A stretch of DNA of 13,382 nucleotides from Vulcanimicrobiota bacterium (GCA_003133025.1 PKZK01000188.1:1-13382); one strand, 5' to 3'; numbered from the stretch's first letter, positions 1-7,310 are shown. Notes: a model not told the origin generated them from the letters alone. Numbers and translations are program-made.

Positions 1-1181
1 GCGCCGCCGCGCATCGCCCGGACGAGCGCCGCGCATTCCAGCAACTCATCGCGGGTCGTGGCGAAGAGCCGGCCTTCGGGCAACGCGCCCACCCAGTGTC
101 CCGAGCGGCCGACGCGCTGGAGGGCAACGGCGATCGAGCGCGGCGAGCCGAGTTGGATGACGAGATCGACCGCGCCGATATCGATGCCGAGTTCGAGCGA
201 GGCCGTCGCGACCACGCCGCGCAGCGAGCCTTCCTTGAGACGGTTTTCGGTGTCGAAGCGAATCTCGCGCGCGAGGCTGCCGTGGTGGGGCAACACGATG
301 CCTTCGCCGAGCCGGGTGCCCAGCGCAAACGCGACGCGTTCGCTCATGCGGCGCGTCGAGACGAAGACGAGCGTCGTCTTGTGCGCGAGAATCAGTGCGG
401 CCACGCGATCGTAGATCTCGGCCCACATCTCGGCGCTCGCGACGGAGCCGAGTTCGCCGCTGGGCACCTCGACCGCGAGCGTCATGGCGCGCCGCGAACC
501 GACATCGACGATCCGGGCATCCGGGCTCAGGAATGCCGCCACTTTCTCCAGCGGACGCACGGTGGCCGACAAACCGATGCGCTGCGGCTTCGGATTGCCG
601 CTCCGCGTGACCAGGTCGTCGAGCCGTGCCAAGGTCAACGCGAGGTGCGAGCCGCGTTTGTCGGCCGCGACGGCGTGAATCTCGTCGACCACGATCGCCT
701 CGACGCGCGTCAGCAGCGCGCGCGTTCGCTCCGCGGTGAGCATGATGAAGAGCGACTCCGGCGTCGTGACCAGGATGTGCGGCGGCTTGCGCAGCATGCG
801 CGCGCGCTCGGCCGGCGGGGTGTCGCCGGTGCGCGAAGCCGTGCGGATGGGCGCGAGGTCGATGCCGCGCTCGCCGGCCAGCGCGAGCATTTCGGCAAGC
901 GGCGTCTCGAGATTCTTGCGAACGTCGTTGGTCAACGCCTTGAGCGGCGACACGTAGACGACGATCGCGGCGTCCGGAAGGGGCCCTTCCGAGGCGCGCC
1001 GCACGAGCCCGTCGAGCGCCAAGGTAAAGGCCGCGAGCGTCTTGCCCGACCCCGTCGGAGCGGAGATCAGGACGTCGCGCCCGGCAGCGATCAACGGCCA
1101 GCCGTGCACCTGTGGCTCGGTCGGCTCGCCATAGCGACCCGAAAACCACTCGGCAACGAGCGGACACAACAACCCCTTCAT
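1..1181 (-). CDS. lhr: Lhr-family ATP-dependent DEAD/DEAH-box helicase (N-terminal ~393 aa; continues beyond left edge)
   Basis: Translated by hand from ATG at 1181: [52 protein letters not shown] (Q motif and Walker A), [11 protein letters not shown] (Ia), [28 protein letters not shown] (Ib), VVDEIH (II), KRGSHL, IGLSAT (III), [17 protein letters not shown] (V), QRVGRSGH (VI). These are Lhr-specific motif variants. Missing from the ORF track because it has no stop in the window. Confidence 0.95.
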   Translation of the reverse strand, partial: MKGLLCPLVAEWFSGRYGEPTEPQVHGWPLIAAGRDVLISAPTGSGKTLAAFTLALDGLVRRASEGPLPDAAIVVYVSPLKALTNDVRKNLETPLAEMLALAGERGIDLAPIRTASRTGDTPPAERARMLRKPPHILVTTPESLFIMLTAERTRALLTRVEAIVVDEIHAVAADKRGSHLALTLARLDDLVTRSGNPKPQRIGLSATVRPLEKVAAFLSPDARIVDVGSRRAMTLAVEVPSGELGSVASAEMWAEIYDRVAALILAHKTTLVFVSTRRMSERVAFALGTRLGEGIVLPHHGSLAREIRFDTENRLKEGSLRGVVATASLELGIDIGAVDLVIQLGSPRSIAVALQRVGRSGHWVGALPEGRLFATTRDELLECAALVRAMRGG

Positions 1182-1234
1182 AGACGCCCCAAGACACCCA
1201 TTGAGGTCATTTCGGTTGCCGCGCCATGGCCTCC

Positions 1235-1259
1235 GTTCGGGTGATCGACTTTTGGGTAA
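1235..1259 (+). promoter_or_regulatory. Putative SigB/SigF-type promoter (GTTC-N15-GGGTAA), probably leaderless
   Basis: GTTC at 1235-1238 and GGGTAA at 1254-1259. ATG at 1268 follows after 8 nt with no Shine-Dalgarno. Same layout as 6852-6877. Confidence 0.45.
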
Positions 1260-1267
1260 GCCCAAGC

Positions 1268-1855
1268 ATGGTTAGCCCAGCAACTTCGTTCGTTTCTTTC
1301 ACCATTGCGGTCGCTTTGCTCGCAGTCGCCGGACCCGCCGGGGCGCAGACGGTCGTGACGCCCGTACCCGGTGCAGCCGGCACGCCCGGCCCGGCCGCTT
1401 CGACGCTCGTGCACGTGACCAGTTGCGGCACGCGCCATGCGGGCGCGGGCGCAGAGGCGCAGTACGTCGCTCCGGGTCCGGTCGCGGGTCAGGCATCCAA
1501 TTCGAGTTTCGAAAACGTCTACGGCGACGACTACTATCAGCCGCTACCCGGTACCTCGAGTCCGGTCATGATCGTCGGCTTCACCAATATCTCCGGCAAA
1601 CCGATGACGATGATCGAGTTCGGTTTGCTCTCGAACGAGATTCTCGCCGGCGAAGCGCGCGACACGGGAACGTTCACGCCCGGCGCGGGCATCAAAGCCA
1701 AACTCGGCATCTCGCTCACAGCGATTCTCCCGGGTCCCACCAAGTGCGTTCCGCTGCGCATCACCTTCGCCGACGGCAGCACCTGGCGCAACCCGCGCCT
1801 GCCGCCCCGCGGCAACGCATACTTCAACAGCAAATACCCGCCGAAGCCGTTGTAG
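1268..1855 (+). CDS. Secreted hypothetical protein (195 aa)
   Basis: ORF 1226..1855. ATG at 1268 preferred because it gives a signal-peptide-like N-terminus ([27 protein letters not shown]), then a Pro/Ala-rich linker and a beta-rich domain with two Cys ([19 protein letters not shown]...[17 protein letters not shown]). Confidence 0.75.
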   Translation: MVSPATSFVSFTIAVALLAVAGPAGAQTVVTPVPGAAGTPGPAASTLVHVTSCGTRHAGAGAEAQYVAPGPVAGQASNSSFENVYGDDYYQPLPGTSSPVMIVGFTNISGKPMTMIEFGLLSNEILAGEARDTGTFTPGAGIKAKLGISLTAILPGPTKCVPLRITFADGSTWRNPRLPPRGNAYFNSKYPPKPL

Positions 1856-1868
1856 TCGCTCGCGTCCC

Positions 1869-1897
1869 TTGGCGATGGGGCGCGGCGGTGGTAAAAT
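1869..1897 (+). promoter_or_regulatory. Putative sigma70-type promoter for a leaderless Uma2 transcript
   Basis: TTGGCG (1869-1874), 17-nt spacer, TAAAAT (1892-1897), with extended -10 TG at 1889-1890. ATG at 1905 lies 7 nt downstream and has no SD. Confidence 0.6.
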
Positions 1898-1904
1898 ACC
1901 GGGC

Positions 1905-2480
1905 ATGTCGCTGAGCGCAGACCTTCGCTCCCGTCGTTTCACGTTCGCCGAGTATGCGGCTATGGGCGGCCTTCCGAAGCATACGGAACTGCTCGATGGG
2001 CGGCTCTCGCTCATGAGCCCGCGCGGAGATCCTCATTCGCTCGTCTGTTCCGCCATCCACGCGGCCCTGAATCGCGTGCTCGGAGCGGCGCATCTCGAAG
2101 ACGATCTCGTGGTCGTGTCGGAGCCGACCCTGCGCCTGAGCGAAAAGACGGGAGTCGAGCCCGACATCGCGTTGATCGATGGTCCGATTACGCGCTACGT
2201 CCGCGAGAAGATCTTGCCCCCGCGCGTCCGGCTCATCGTCGAGGTCGGCGAGACTTCGCTCGCGCGCGATTTGGGTGACAAGTTGCGCCGGTACGCAAGG
2301 GCGGGCATCCCCGAGTATTGGGTCGCCGACATCGGCGCTCGCAGCATGCACGCCTTCGCAGGCCCGCAAGGCATCGGCTACGATCACACGAGCGTCCACG
2401 CTTCAGGTGAGGTCCCGAGCCGAACCATTCCCGCCGTCCGCGTCGATCTCGCCAAGGTATTCGCGGCCGTCACCGGCTGA
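1905..2480 (+). CDS. Uma2 family (DUF820) PD-(D/E)xK putative endonuclease
   Basis: RRFTFAEYAAM, ELLDGRLSLMSPRGDPHS, EPDIALI and LIVEVGETSLARDLGDKLRRYARAGIPEYWVAD are classic Uma2 motifs. Start placed at ATG 1905 from promoter spacing and family N-terminus. Confidence 0.93.
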   Translation: MSLSADLRSRRFTFAEYAAMGGLPKHTELLDGRLSLMSPRGDPHSLVCSAIHAALNRVLGAAHLEDDLVVVSEPTLRLSEKTGVEPDIALIDGPITRYVREKILPPRVRLIVEVGETSLARDLGDKLRRYARAGIPEYWVADIGARSMHAFAGPQGIGYDHTSVHASGEVPSRTIPAVRVDLAKVFAAVTG

Positions 2481-2490
2481 TTGCCGGCCA

Positions 2491-2517
2491 TGGCGCGGGG
2501 CGGGCGTTCCCGCGCTA
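2491..2517. terminator. GC-rich hairpin between convergent genes (possible terminator)
   Basis: TGGCGCGGG (2491-2499) pairs with CCCGCGCTA (2509-2517) between the Uma2 stop and the methyltransferase stop. No U-tract. Confidence 0.35.
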
Positions 2518-3597
2518 AACGCGCGCCAGGGTGAGCTTTGCGAGCGGGATCAGCGACTGTTCGGGTTTTGCGGCTAGGGCCTGCGTCATTGCCGCTTCCA
2601 TGCGCGCGAAGAATTCCGTTCGCCTGACATCGGACCCGCCGCCGGCGAGCCCGAGGGCCAAGCTCGGGAAGACGGAAGCGCGCGAGAATGCCGCCCAACG
2701 CGCGCCGAATGCCTCGGCGTCGCGGCCCTCGCCGGTCTCGATCCAGATGCGGTCGTCCCCGAAAAAGATATCTATATTCTCGACCACGAGGTCGTCGAAG
2801 CGCCCCGATGGGCCGAACGGTGCGAGCAACTCCGCGCGCGTGCGCGCATACGTCGGAATTACCATGCGCCGAACCTCGGCCTCGGTGAGAAAGCCTGCGC
2901 TGACGAGCTCGAGCAAGGCGGCGTAGATCGCCTCGACGACCGGACGATAGCCGAATGCGCCGTCGTCGTCCGAGGCCATCCCCAGCACGACGAGGCGGCC
3001 ACCGACGCGCAACTCGCGCGACCGAGCCCGCAAGAACGCGATCCAGTCTTGCGCCGCGCGCTGCGCGAACGCCGCGCACGCCGCCGCATCGCGGCTGTAC
3101 GCCGCTTGCACCTGGTCCGGAATCTCGGCCGGAGCTCTGCTCAGCCACTGGATCGACCACGAGCTCCAGCCCAACGTGACGCTATCCGGCGGCAGAACGT
3201 GTTCGAAAAACGACCTGCCGGCCGCGAGAGCATACACGTTCTGATCGTCGCGCAGGTAGCTCTCCGGATCGCTTTCCAGAAGATCGAAGAGGGCCGCAAA
3301 ATCGTTATCGGCCAAGTCGTTGTGCACGACCGAGATCGCACGTTCCGACCCGGCTCGTTCGCGGAGGAGACGGACCGCAGTGCCCAGCGGCAACAGCGAG
3401 TTGCGCCCTTCGGAACAACCGTAGTCGGCCACGAGCAGCGGCTCTCGTTCGGAACCGAGCGGCACGATGCGCGCCGCCTCTTCCAACAGCGGCAGTGCAG
3501 GCGACAACCCCGCCGCTTGAACGCGTGAGTTGCGATTGTATGCGCCCTGCCCTTCCATCGGAGCCGGGTGCGCAGGCATCTGCTCTGCCCCTTGCAT
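2515..3597 (-). CDS. SAM-dependent carboxyl methyltransferase, SABATH (Methyltransf_7) family-like
   Basis: MEGQGAYNRNSRVQ, VADYGCSEGRNS, HNDLADNDF, GRSFFEHVLPPDSVTLGWSSWSIQWLS, DWIAFLRARSRELRVGGRLV and IPTYARTRAEL align by eye with plant SAMT/JMT/IAMT motifs. Start at ATG 3597 (GAGG about 5 nt upstream); alternatives are 3633 and 3579. Confidence 0.9.
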   Translation of the reverse strand: MQGAEQMPAHPAPMEGQGAYNRNSRVQAAGLSPALPLLEEAARIVPLGSEREPLLVADYGCSEGRNSLLPLGTAVRLLRERAGSERAISVVHNDLADNDFAALFDLLESDPESYLRDDQNVYALAAGRSFFEHVLPPDSVTLGWSSWSIQWLSRAPAEIPDQVQAAYSRDAAACAAFAQRAAQDWIAFLRARSRELRVGGRLVVLGMASDDDGAFGYRPVVEAIYAALLELVSAGFLTEAEVRRMVIPTYARTRAELLAPFGPSGRFDDLVVENIDIFFGDDRIWIETGEGRDAEAFGARWAAFSRASVFPSLALGLAGGGSDVRRTEFFARMEAAMTQALAAKPEQSLIPLAKLTLARV

Positions 3598-3660
3598 GCG
3601 GTCCTCGGTTGGCCTCGACGGCGCGCGAATCATTCTGTCTTTTTCGGGCTCGACTGCGCG

Positions 3661-3702
3661 AGAGCAAAGACCCGGCTCCAGAGGAGCCGGGTCTTCGTCT
3701 CT
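3661..3702 (-). terminator. Intrinsic terminator-like hairpin
   Basis: Perfect 13-bp inverted repeat AAGACCCGGCTCC (3667-3679) / GGAGCCGGGTCTT (3683-3695) with a 3-nt loop. On the minus strand it ends UCUUUGCUCU and extends through a G-U pair. Confidence 0.65.
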
Positions 3703-3833
3703 GATTACGCGTCCGAATTGGTAGCCGCGCTGATTCGTTTCGCTCTTTGCCGTGCCCGGATGCGATTACACCCCGAGTTTAGCGCGGGGCGGTTAACGGC
3801 GGGTAAAGCGCCGTCCGGCAAAGCGGCGCGCGG

Positions 3834-4193
3834 CTAGCGCGATCCCGAACCTCCGCCGTTGCCGCTCGTGGTGAACTGGCCGCTCGAATTGCGCTGTTGG
3901 GTGTGGGCGTTGGCCTGCAGGCTGTGCTGGGTCGCGCGGCCCGCATGCTGCCTGGCCTGATCCTCGTTGCCCTCCGTGTAGTGATGCGCCGCTTGCCTGT
4001 GGTGATGGGCTGCTGCCTCATGATGCCCCGCAGCCTCGTGGTGTCCGGCGCTCGCCTCGGGGTTGCCGCGTCCCTGGCTCCCGCCCTGACGTCCGATCTG
4101 TTCGTAGAAGTCGCGGCCGTGCGTTGCGGCAGTTGCTTCACCGCCTGCGCGCCCGGCCTCTCGATGTTGTTCCGGCGTTCCGCCACGTTCCAT
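3834..4193 (-). CDS. KGG/GsiB-like general stress hydrophilin with His-rich module (119 aa)
   Basis: EAGRAGGEATAATHGRDFYEQIGRQGG matches the GsiB/KGG repeat (THGxEFYxEIGxKGG). It is followed by AGHHEAAGHHEAAAHHHRQAAHH. SD GAGGT lies 8 nt upstream of ATG 4193. Confidence 0.85.
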   Translation of the reverse strand: MERGGTPEQHREAGRAGGEATAATHGRDFYEQIGRQGGSQGRGNPEASAGHHEAAGHHEAAAHHHRQAAHHYTEGNEDQARQHAGRATQHSLQANAHTQQRNSSGQFTTSGNGGGSGSR

Positions 4194-4258
4194 GGGTCGT
4201 ACCTCGTAATCGTGTTCGCGTGTGCATTGCCGCTCGTCGCGAGCGGCTTTTGCGACTC

Positions 4259-4283
4259 ATTTCCGCTCGCCGAGGCGCAAAAC
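4259..4283 (-). promoter_or_regulatory. Possible SigB-type promoter of the KGG gene (GTTT-N15-GGAAAT)
   Basis: Minus strand GTTT (4283-4280) and GGAAAT (4264-4259). The -10 is imperfect, but KGG/GsiB genes are typical general-stress-sigma targets. Confidence 0.3.
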
Positions 4284-4346
4284 GAGGTTCCTCGTCCGGC
4301 GACTAGTAGGGCGCCGGTCAACGCCGTCGAGCCGTGCGTGGCCGGC

Positions 4347-5609
4347 TCACGGCTTCAATTCGAAGACGGTTCCGTTGTCGCTGGACCCGCCGGCGACCGT
4401 CGTGCCGAAGAGCGTGCCGCCGCGCATCAGCAGCGGACTATCTTCCGGTCCGGAACCGTCGGGCTGTCCCTGGAATTCGTAGAGCACGGTCTCTTTCCAG
4501 CCCGCGCCGGACCGAGCCAATTTGTAGATGACGCCGTTGCCGGGAAAACTCGTTGCACCGAAAATGGTCGAACCGTACAGCGCGCCGGCGGCATCGAACG
4601 TCAGCGTGCCCTGTTCCGGCTCGGCCCCGGTTCCCGTCGCCTGGAATGCAAAGAGCACCGTTTCGAGCCACGTCCCGTTGCTCTGCGGCGACAGTTCGTA
4701 GATCACGCCGCAGCCTGCGCTTTCGTCGCTCGTGCACGGAGTGATGCCGCCCGTATTGGTGGTGCCGTAGAGGTTGCCGGCGGTGTCTTCCACCACTCCC
4801 GCAAACGGATTCCCGCCGTCGGGTCCGCCCGTGAACGCATACAAGATCTGAAAGTGCCACCGCGTCTTGCTGGTCGGCGTCAAGCTGAAAACAACGCCTC
4901 TGCCGCTCGGGCCCCCGCTGGGGGTCGTTCCGTACAAAACGCCGTGCGCGTCGAGGAAGAGATTGCTGAGCGGCTCCGCGCCGTCGGCGTTGGCGAACGA
5001 GTGCAGCACCTGAACCGTCCATCGCGTCGCACCCTGAACCGGCGGCGTGACGTGGACGACCGCGCCTTCGCCGAAGTGGCCCCCGCCGTAGGTCGTCGTG
5101 TAGAAGCCGCCGGCCCCATCGGGCGTCAGACCCGCGTTCGGAAAAGCGCCGTCTGCGCCCTTAAAGGCGGCAAGGACCGTTTCGGTCCACGCCTGTTGAC
5201 CCGAGTGCGGAGGCGTCAACTTGAAAACCACGCCCGCACCGTTCTGCGAGTACGCCGTCGAGCCGCCCATTTGGGTCGTGCCATACAGCGCCCCGCTCGC
5301 ATCGGCGACCACTCCCGCGACCGGTACGCCGCCGTCCTTTCCGCCGGTAAAGGTGTAGAGCACGGTACCCGTCCATCCCGACGGTCCTTTGCTGACTTCG
5401 AAAACGGTACCGTGTCCCGGCGACCCATTTCCTCCGAGTAGCGTCGTACTATAGAGGTTGCCTTTCGCATCGGCGATCACGCCCGCTGTGGGAGCGATGC
5501 CGGACGCGCCTCCGAGCGAGTAGATGACGGCTTCGCTCGGGGCAGCGTCGCCGACGAGCGGGGCGACGAGGGTGAAAGCGATTGTGAGTGCAAAAAGGTC
5601 GAGTCGCAT
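4347..5609 (-). CDS. Secreted Gloeo_Verruco (choice-of-anchor GloVer) tandem repeat protein, probable 7-bladed beta-propeller
   Basis: Signal peptide MRLDLFALTIAFTLVAPLVGDA, then seven ~55-aa repeats of the form (E)TVLYxFxGxxDGxxPxAxLxxDxxGxLYGTTxxGG...GxVFxLxP. Strong SD GGAGG 4 nt before ATG. Confidence 0.9.
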   Translation of the reverse strand: MRLDLFALTIAFTLVAPLVGDAAPSEAVIYSLGGASGIAPTAGVIADAKGNLYSTTLLGGNGSPGHGTVFEVSKGPSGWTGTVLYTFTGGKDGGVPVAGVVADASGALYGTTQMGGSTAYSQNGAGVVFKLTPPHSGQQAWTETVLAAFKGADGAFPNAGLTPDGAGGFYTTTYGGGHFGEGAVVHVTPPVQGATRWTVQVLHSFANADGAEPLSNLFLDAHGVLYGTTPSGGPSGRGVVFSLTPTSKTRWHFQILYAFTGGPDGGNPFAGVVEDTAGNLYGTTNTGGITPCTSDESAGCGVIYELSPQSNGTWLETVLFAFQATGTGAEPEQGTLTFDAAGALYGSTIFGATSFPGNGVIYKLARSGAGWKETVLYEFQGQPDGSGPEDSPLLMRGGTLFGTTVAGGSSDNGTVFELKP

Positions 5610-5687
5610 AAAACCTCCACTGCGTGTATTGCAGGCAGAGGATACGGTCCCCTATCCCGAACTCAGCCGCCGGAGGTATTTCTTGAA

Positions 5688-6776
5688 ATGTTCTTCGAAA
5701 TGTTCAATGAAGCCAGACCATCGTCATCGACCACCCGCCGTTCGCTGCCGCTCGCCGCTGCTGCGGTCGCCGTGTTTGGATTCGGCGCGGGATCTGCCGG
5801 TGCCGCATCCCCGCACGGCATGACGACATCGGCGCAATATGCAATTACGCCCGTGTATTTTCCGGTGGGCGTGCTTCCGCGTCATATCGCCGGCGTGGAC
5901 CGGCGCGGTGAGATGGCGGGCTACGGGCAAGAGGAAGGTGACTACAACGCCGACTGCGTGTACTCGATCGGTTCGACGGCCTACGACCTCTCGGGCCCCG
6001 ACGGTTCCTTCGAGCCGCAGTGCTCTTTTGTGAGCATGAATGAGCTCGGAACGGCCGTGGGCACCTTCGAAAACCCCAGCGGGGAATACGGGCAGGCCGG
6101 CGTCGTTTCCGTGCAGGGCACCTTTTCGCAGATCGACAGTCCGGTTTTCGGGCTCTCGGCTATCAATGGAAAGGAAATCGCGGTCGGCCAAGTGACCGGC
6201 ACCGATGGGATTCTTGGGATATACAGTCTGCCCCGAAACAAGGTGGTGCGCGAACTCGTCGACCTACGAACGGGGTGTGCGATGTCGTACGCGTTCGCAA
6301 TCAACGATCACGGCACGGTCTTTGGATACGATACGTGCAACGCCGGAAGCAGGCGTTACGAGACCGTTTCAAACGTAGGTGTCTTTACGTATATCGCGCC
6401 TCCTACGGGTTATGCGTTTCCCGACAACCAGCAAACTGCGGTGTTCAACGATCGGCAGCAGATAGCGCTGACGAAGTCGGGAAGCGGCCACGCCTTCGTC
6501 TGGTCCCCGGCCGTGCAGCAAGCGCCGGTGGATCTGGGCGTGCTTGCAGAAGACCCGAATGCAACCTATACGATCGATTCGCTGAGCGATACCACGGCAG
6601 CAGGCATGACGAGCGACGGCTACGCATGGGTGTGGACGTCGGCGACCGGCATCGAAGATCTCGCCGACCTCGTGCCGCCGAATTCATATGGTAAATTCTC
6701 TCCGGACGCTGTGGACGATCGCGGCGACTTGGGTTGCGAAGGCGATGAGATCTGGCTGTTCCTCAAACACAGATAG
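5688..6776 (+). CDS. Secreted HAF-type extracellular repeat protein (probable beta-propeller)
   Basis: Signal-like RRSLPLAAAAVAVFGFGAGSAGA. Degenerate repeats GVDRRGEMAG, SMNELGTAVG, AINGKEIAVG, AINDHGTVFG, FNDRQQIAL, GHAFVWS...PVDLGVL, GYAWVWTSATGIEDL, AVDDRGDLG. SD GGAGGT at 5672-5677. Start could also be ATG 5700. Confidence 0.75.
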   Translation: MFFEMFNEARPSSSTTRRSLPLAAAAVAVFGFGAGSAGAASPHGMTTSAQYAITPVYFPVGVLPRHIAGVDRRGEMAGYGQEEGDYNADCVYSIGSTAYDLSGPDGSFEPQCSFVSMNELGTAVGTFENPSGEYGQAGVVSVQGTFSQIDSPVFGLSAINGKEIAVGQVTGTDGILGIYSLPRNKVVRELVDLRTGCAMSYAFAINDHGTVFGYDTCNAGSRRYETVSNVGVFTYIAPPTGYAFPDNQQTAVFNDRQQIALTKSGSGHAFVWSPAVQQAPVDLGVLAEDPNATYTIDSLSDTTAAGMTSDGYAWVWTSATGIEDLADLVPPNSYGKFSPDAVDDRGDLGCEGDEIWLFLKHR

Positions 6777-6779
6777 CGC

Positions 6780-6827
6780 GGGGCTTTCCGGCCCCTTGCG
6801 TCGCACCGGGGGAAAGCGGTGCGACGC
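6780..6827. other. Tandem hairpin pair downstream of the HAF-repeat gene
   Basis: GGGGC/GCCCC (6780-6795) and a perfect 11-bp GCGTCGCACCG/CGGTGCGACGC (6798-6808/6817-6827). The loops are mutually complementary. No U-tract after the second hairpin. Confidence 0.5.
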
Positions 6828-6851
6828 CGCAGTGTAGAGTCGTTGGAACGC

Positions 6852-6877
6852 GTTTGAGGGCACGAGGCGGCGGGTAT
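6852..6877 (+). promoter_or_regulatory. Putative SigB/SigF-type promoter (GTTT-N16-GGGTAT), probably leaderless
   Basis: GTTT 6852-6855 and GGGTAT 6872-6877 match the Bacillus SigB / mycobacterial SigF consensus. ATG 6888 follows after 10 nt with no SD. Confidence 0.6.
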
Positions 6878-6887
6878 TTTTCGCTCC

Positions 6888-7310
6888 ATGCAGATGAAAC
6901 GTAGCGCACTCGACATACTCCGCCCGGTGGCGCTCGGGCTCGGCATCTTCGGCGCAAGCAGCGCGATGGTCGGCGCGCAGTCGCAAGATCAATGTGGGAG
7001 CGGCAAGCAGACCTCGCAGACGTCCTGGAATTCCTTCGACCCCGCATACAACTCGGTAACGTCGTGGCAATCCGCGTGGGATAGCGGCGATTACGATCGC
7101 AATCATATGCTCTTGGGAACGGTCGGCTCGTTCTCGGCCTACCGCCTGACGCTCGCGAATTCCGGTGGCGACACGATGATGGTGGACTTGAAGAACGGCA
7201 CCGTGATCAAGCCCACCGGCACCACGCCCATGGCTGGTGAGAAGGTAGCCGTGTTCGGCTATTGGAGCAATGGAACGTTCATCGCCAACCGCGTGATCGT
7301 CCACAGCTGA
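6888..7310 (+). CDS. Small secreted protein with C-terminal OB-fold-like (DUF5666-like) module
   Basis: Signal peptide MQMKRSALDILRPVALGLGIFGASSAMVGA-Q. C-terminal GTVGSFSAYRLTL...VDLKNGTVIKPTGTTPMAGEKVAVFGYWSNGTFIANRVIV has the pattern of small OB barrels (fold call is inference). Confidence 0.75.
   Translation: MQMKRSALDILRPVALGLGIFGASSAMVGAQSQDQCGSGKQTSQTSWNSFDPAYNSVTSWQSAWDSGDYDRNHMLLGTVGSFSAYRLTLANSGGDTMMVDLKNGTVIKPTGTTPMAGEKVAVFGYWSNGTFIANRVIVHS

Noticed and set aside
46..1244. ORFs 46..1197 (-) and 96..1244 (+), both about 380 aa
   Set aside because: Alternative-frame and antisense shadows of lhr, whose true frame carries all helicase motifs. Their translations are Arg-rich with no recognisable motifs.
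1..2480. Lhr helicase plus Uma2 nuclease as a helicase-nuclease defence system
   Set aside because: They are divergent and separated by an unrelated secreted gene. Uma2 has its own promoter, and both families are common as stand-alone genes.
3715..3790. Fragments resembling c-di-GMP-I (GGCAAA...CAGCGCGGCUACC, CUAAA/CACGG) or SAM-II (CGCGCUGAUU) riboswitches
   Set aside because: Element order and required stems are wrong or missing, and the SAM-II-like words are on the strand opposite the downstream gene. Kept only as an unassigned structure.
2493..3792. 12-bp inverted repeat (CCCGCGCTAAAC 2509-2520 / 3777-3788) and 11-bp direct repeat (GCGCGGGGCGG 2493-2503 / 3782-3792) bracketing the methyltransferase, as possible mobile-element ends
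   Set aside because: Matches this short are expected by chance in 13 kb of GC-rich DNA. There is no transposase or integrase, and the left copy overlaps the gene's stop codon.
3897..5441. 514-aa + strand ORF, the longest in the track
   Set aside because: Antisense to the KGG and GloVer genes, with no motifs. Long shadow ORFs are expected at this GC content.
4347..5609. Periodic DNA similarity suggesting a CRISPR or repeat array
   Set aside because: Fully explained by degenerate protein repeats. There are no identical nucleotide repeats with unique spacers and no cas genes.
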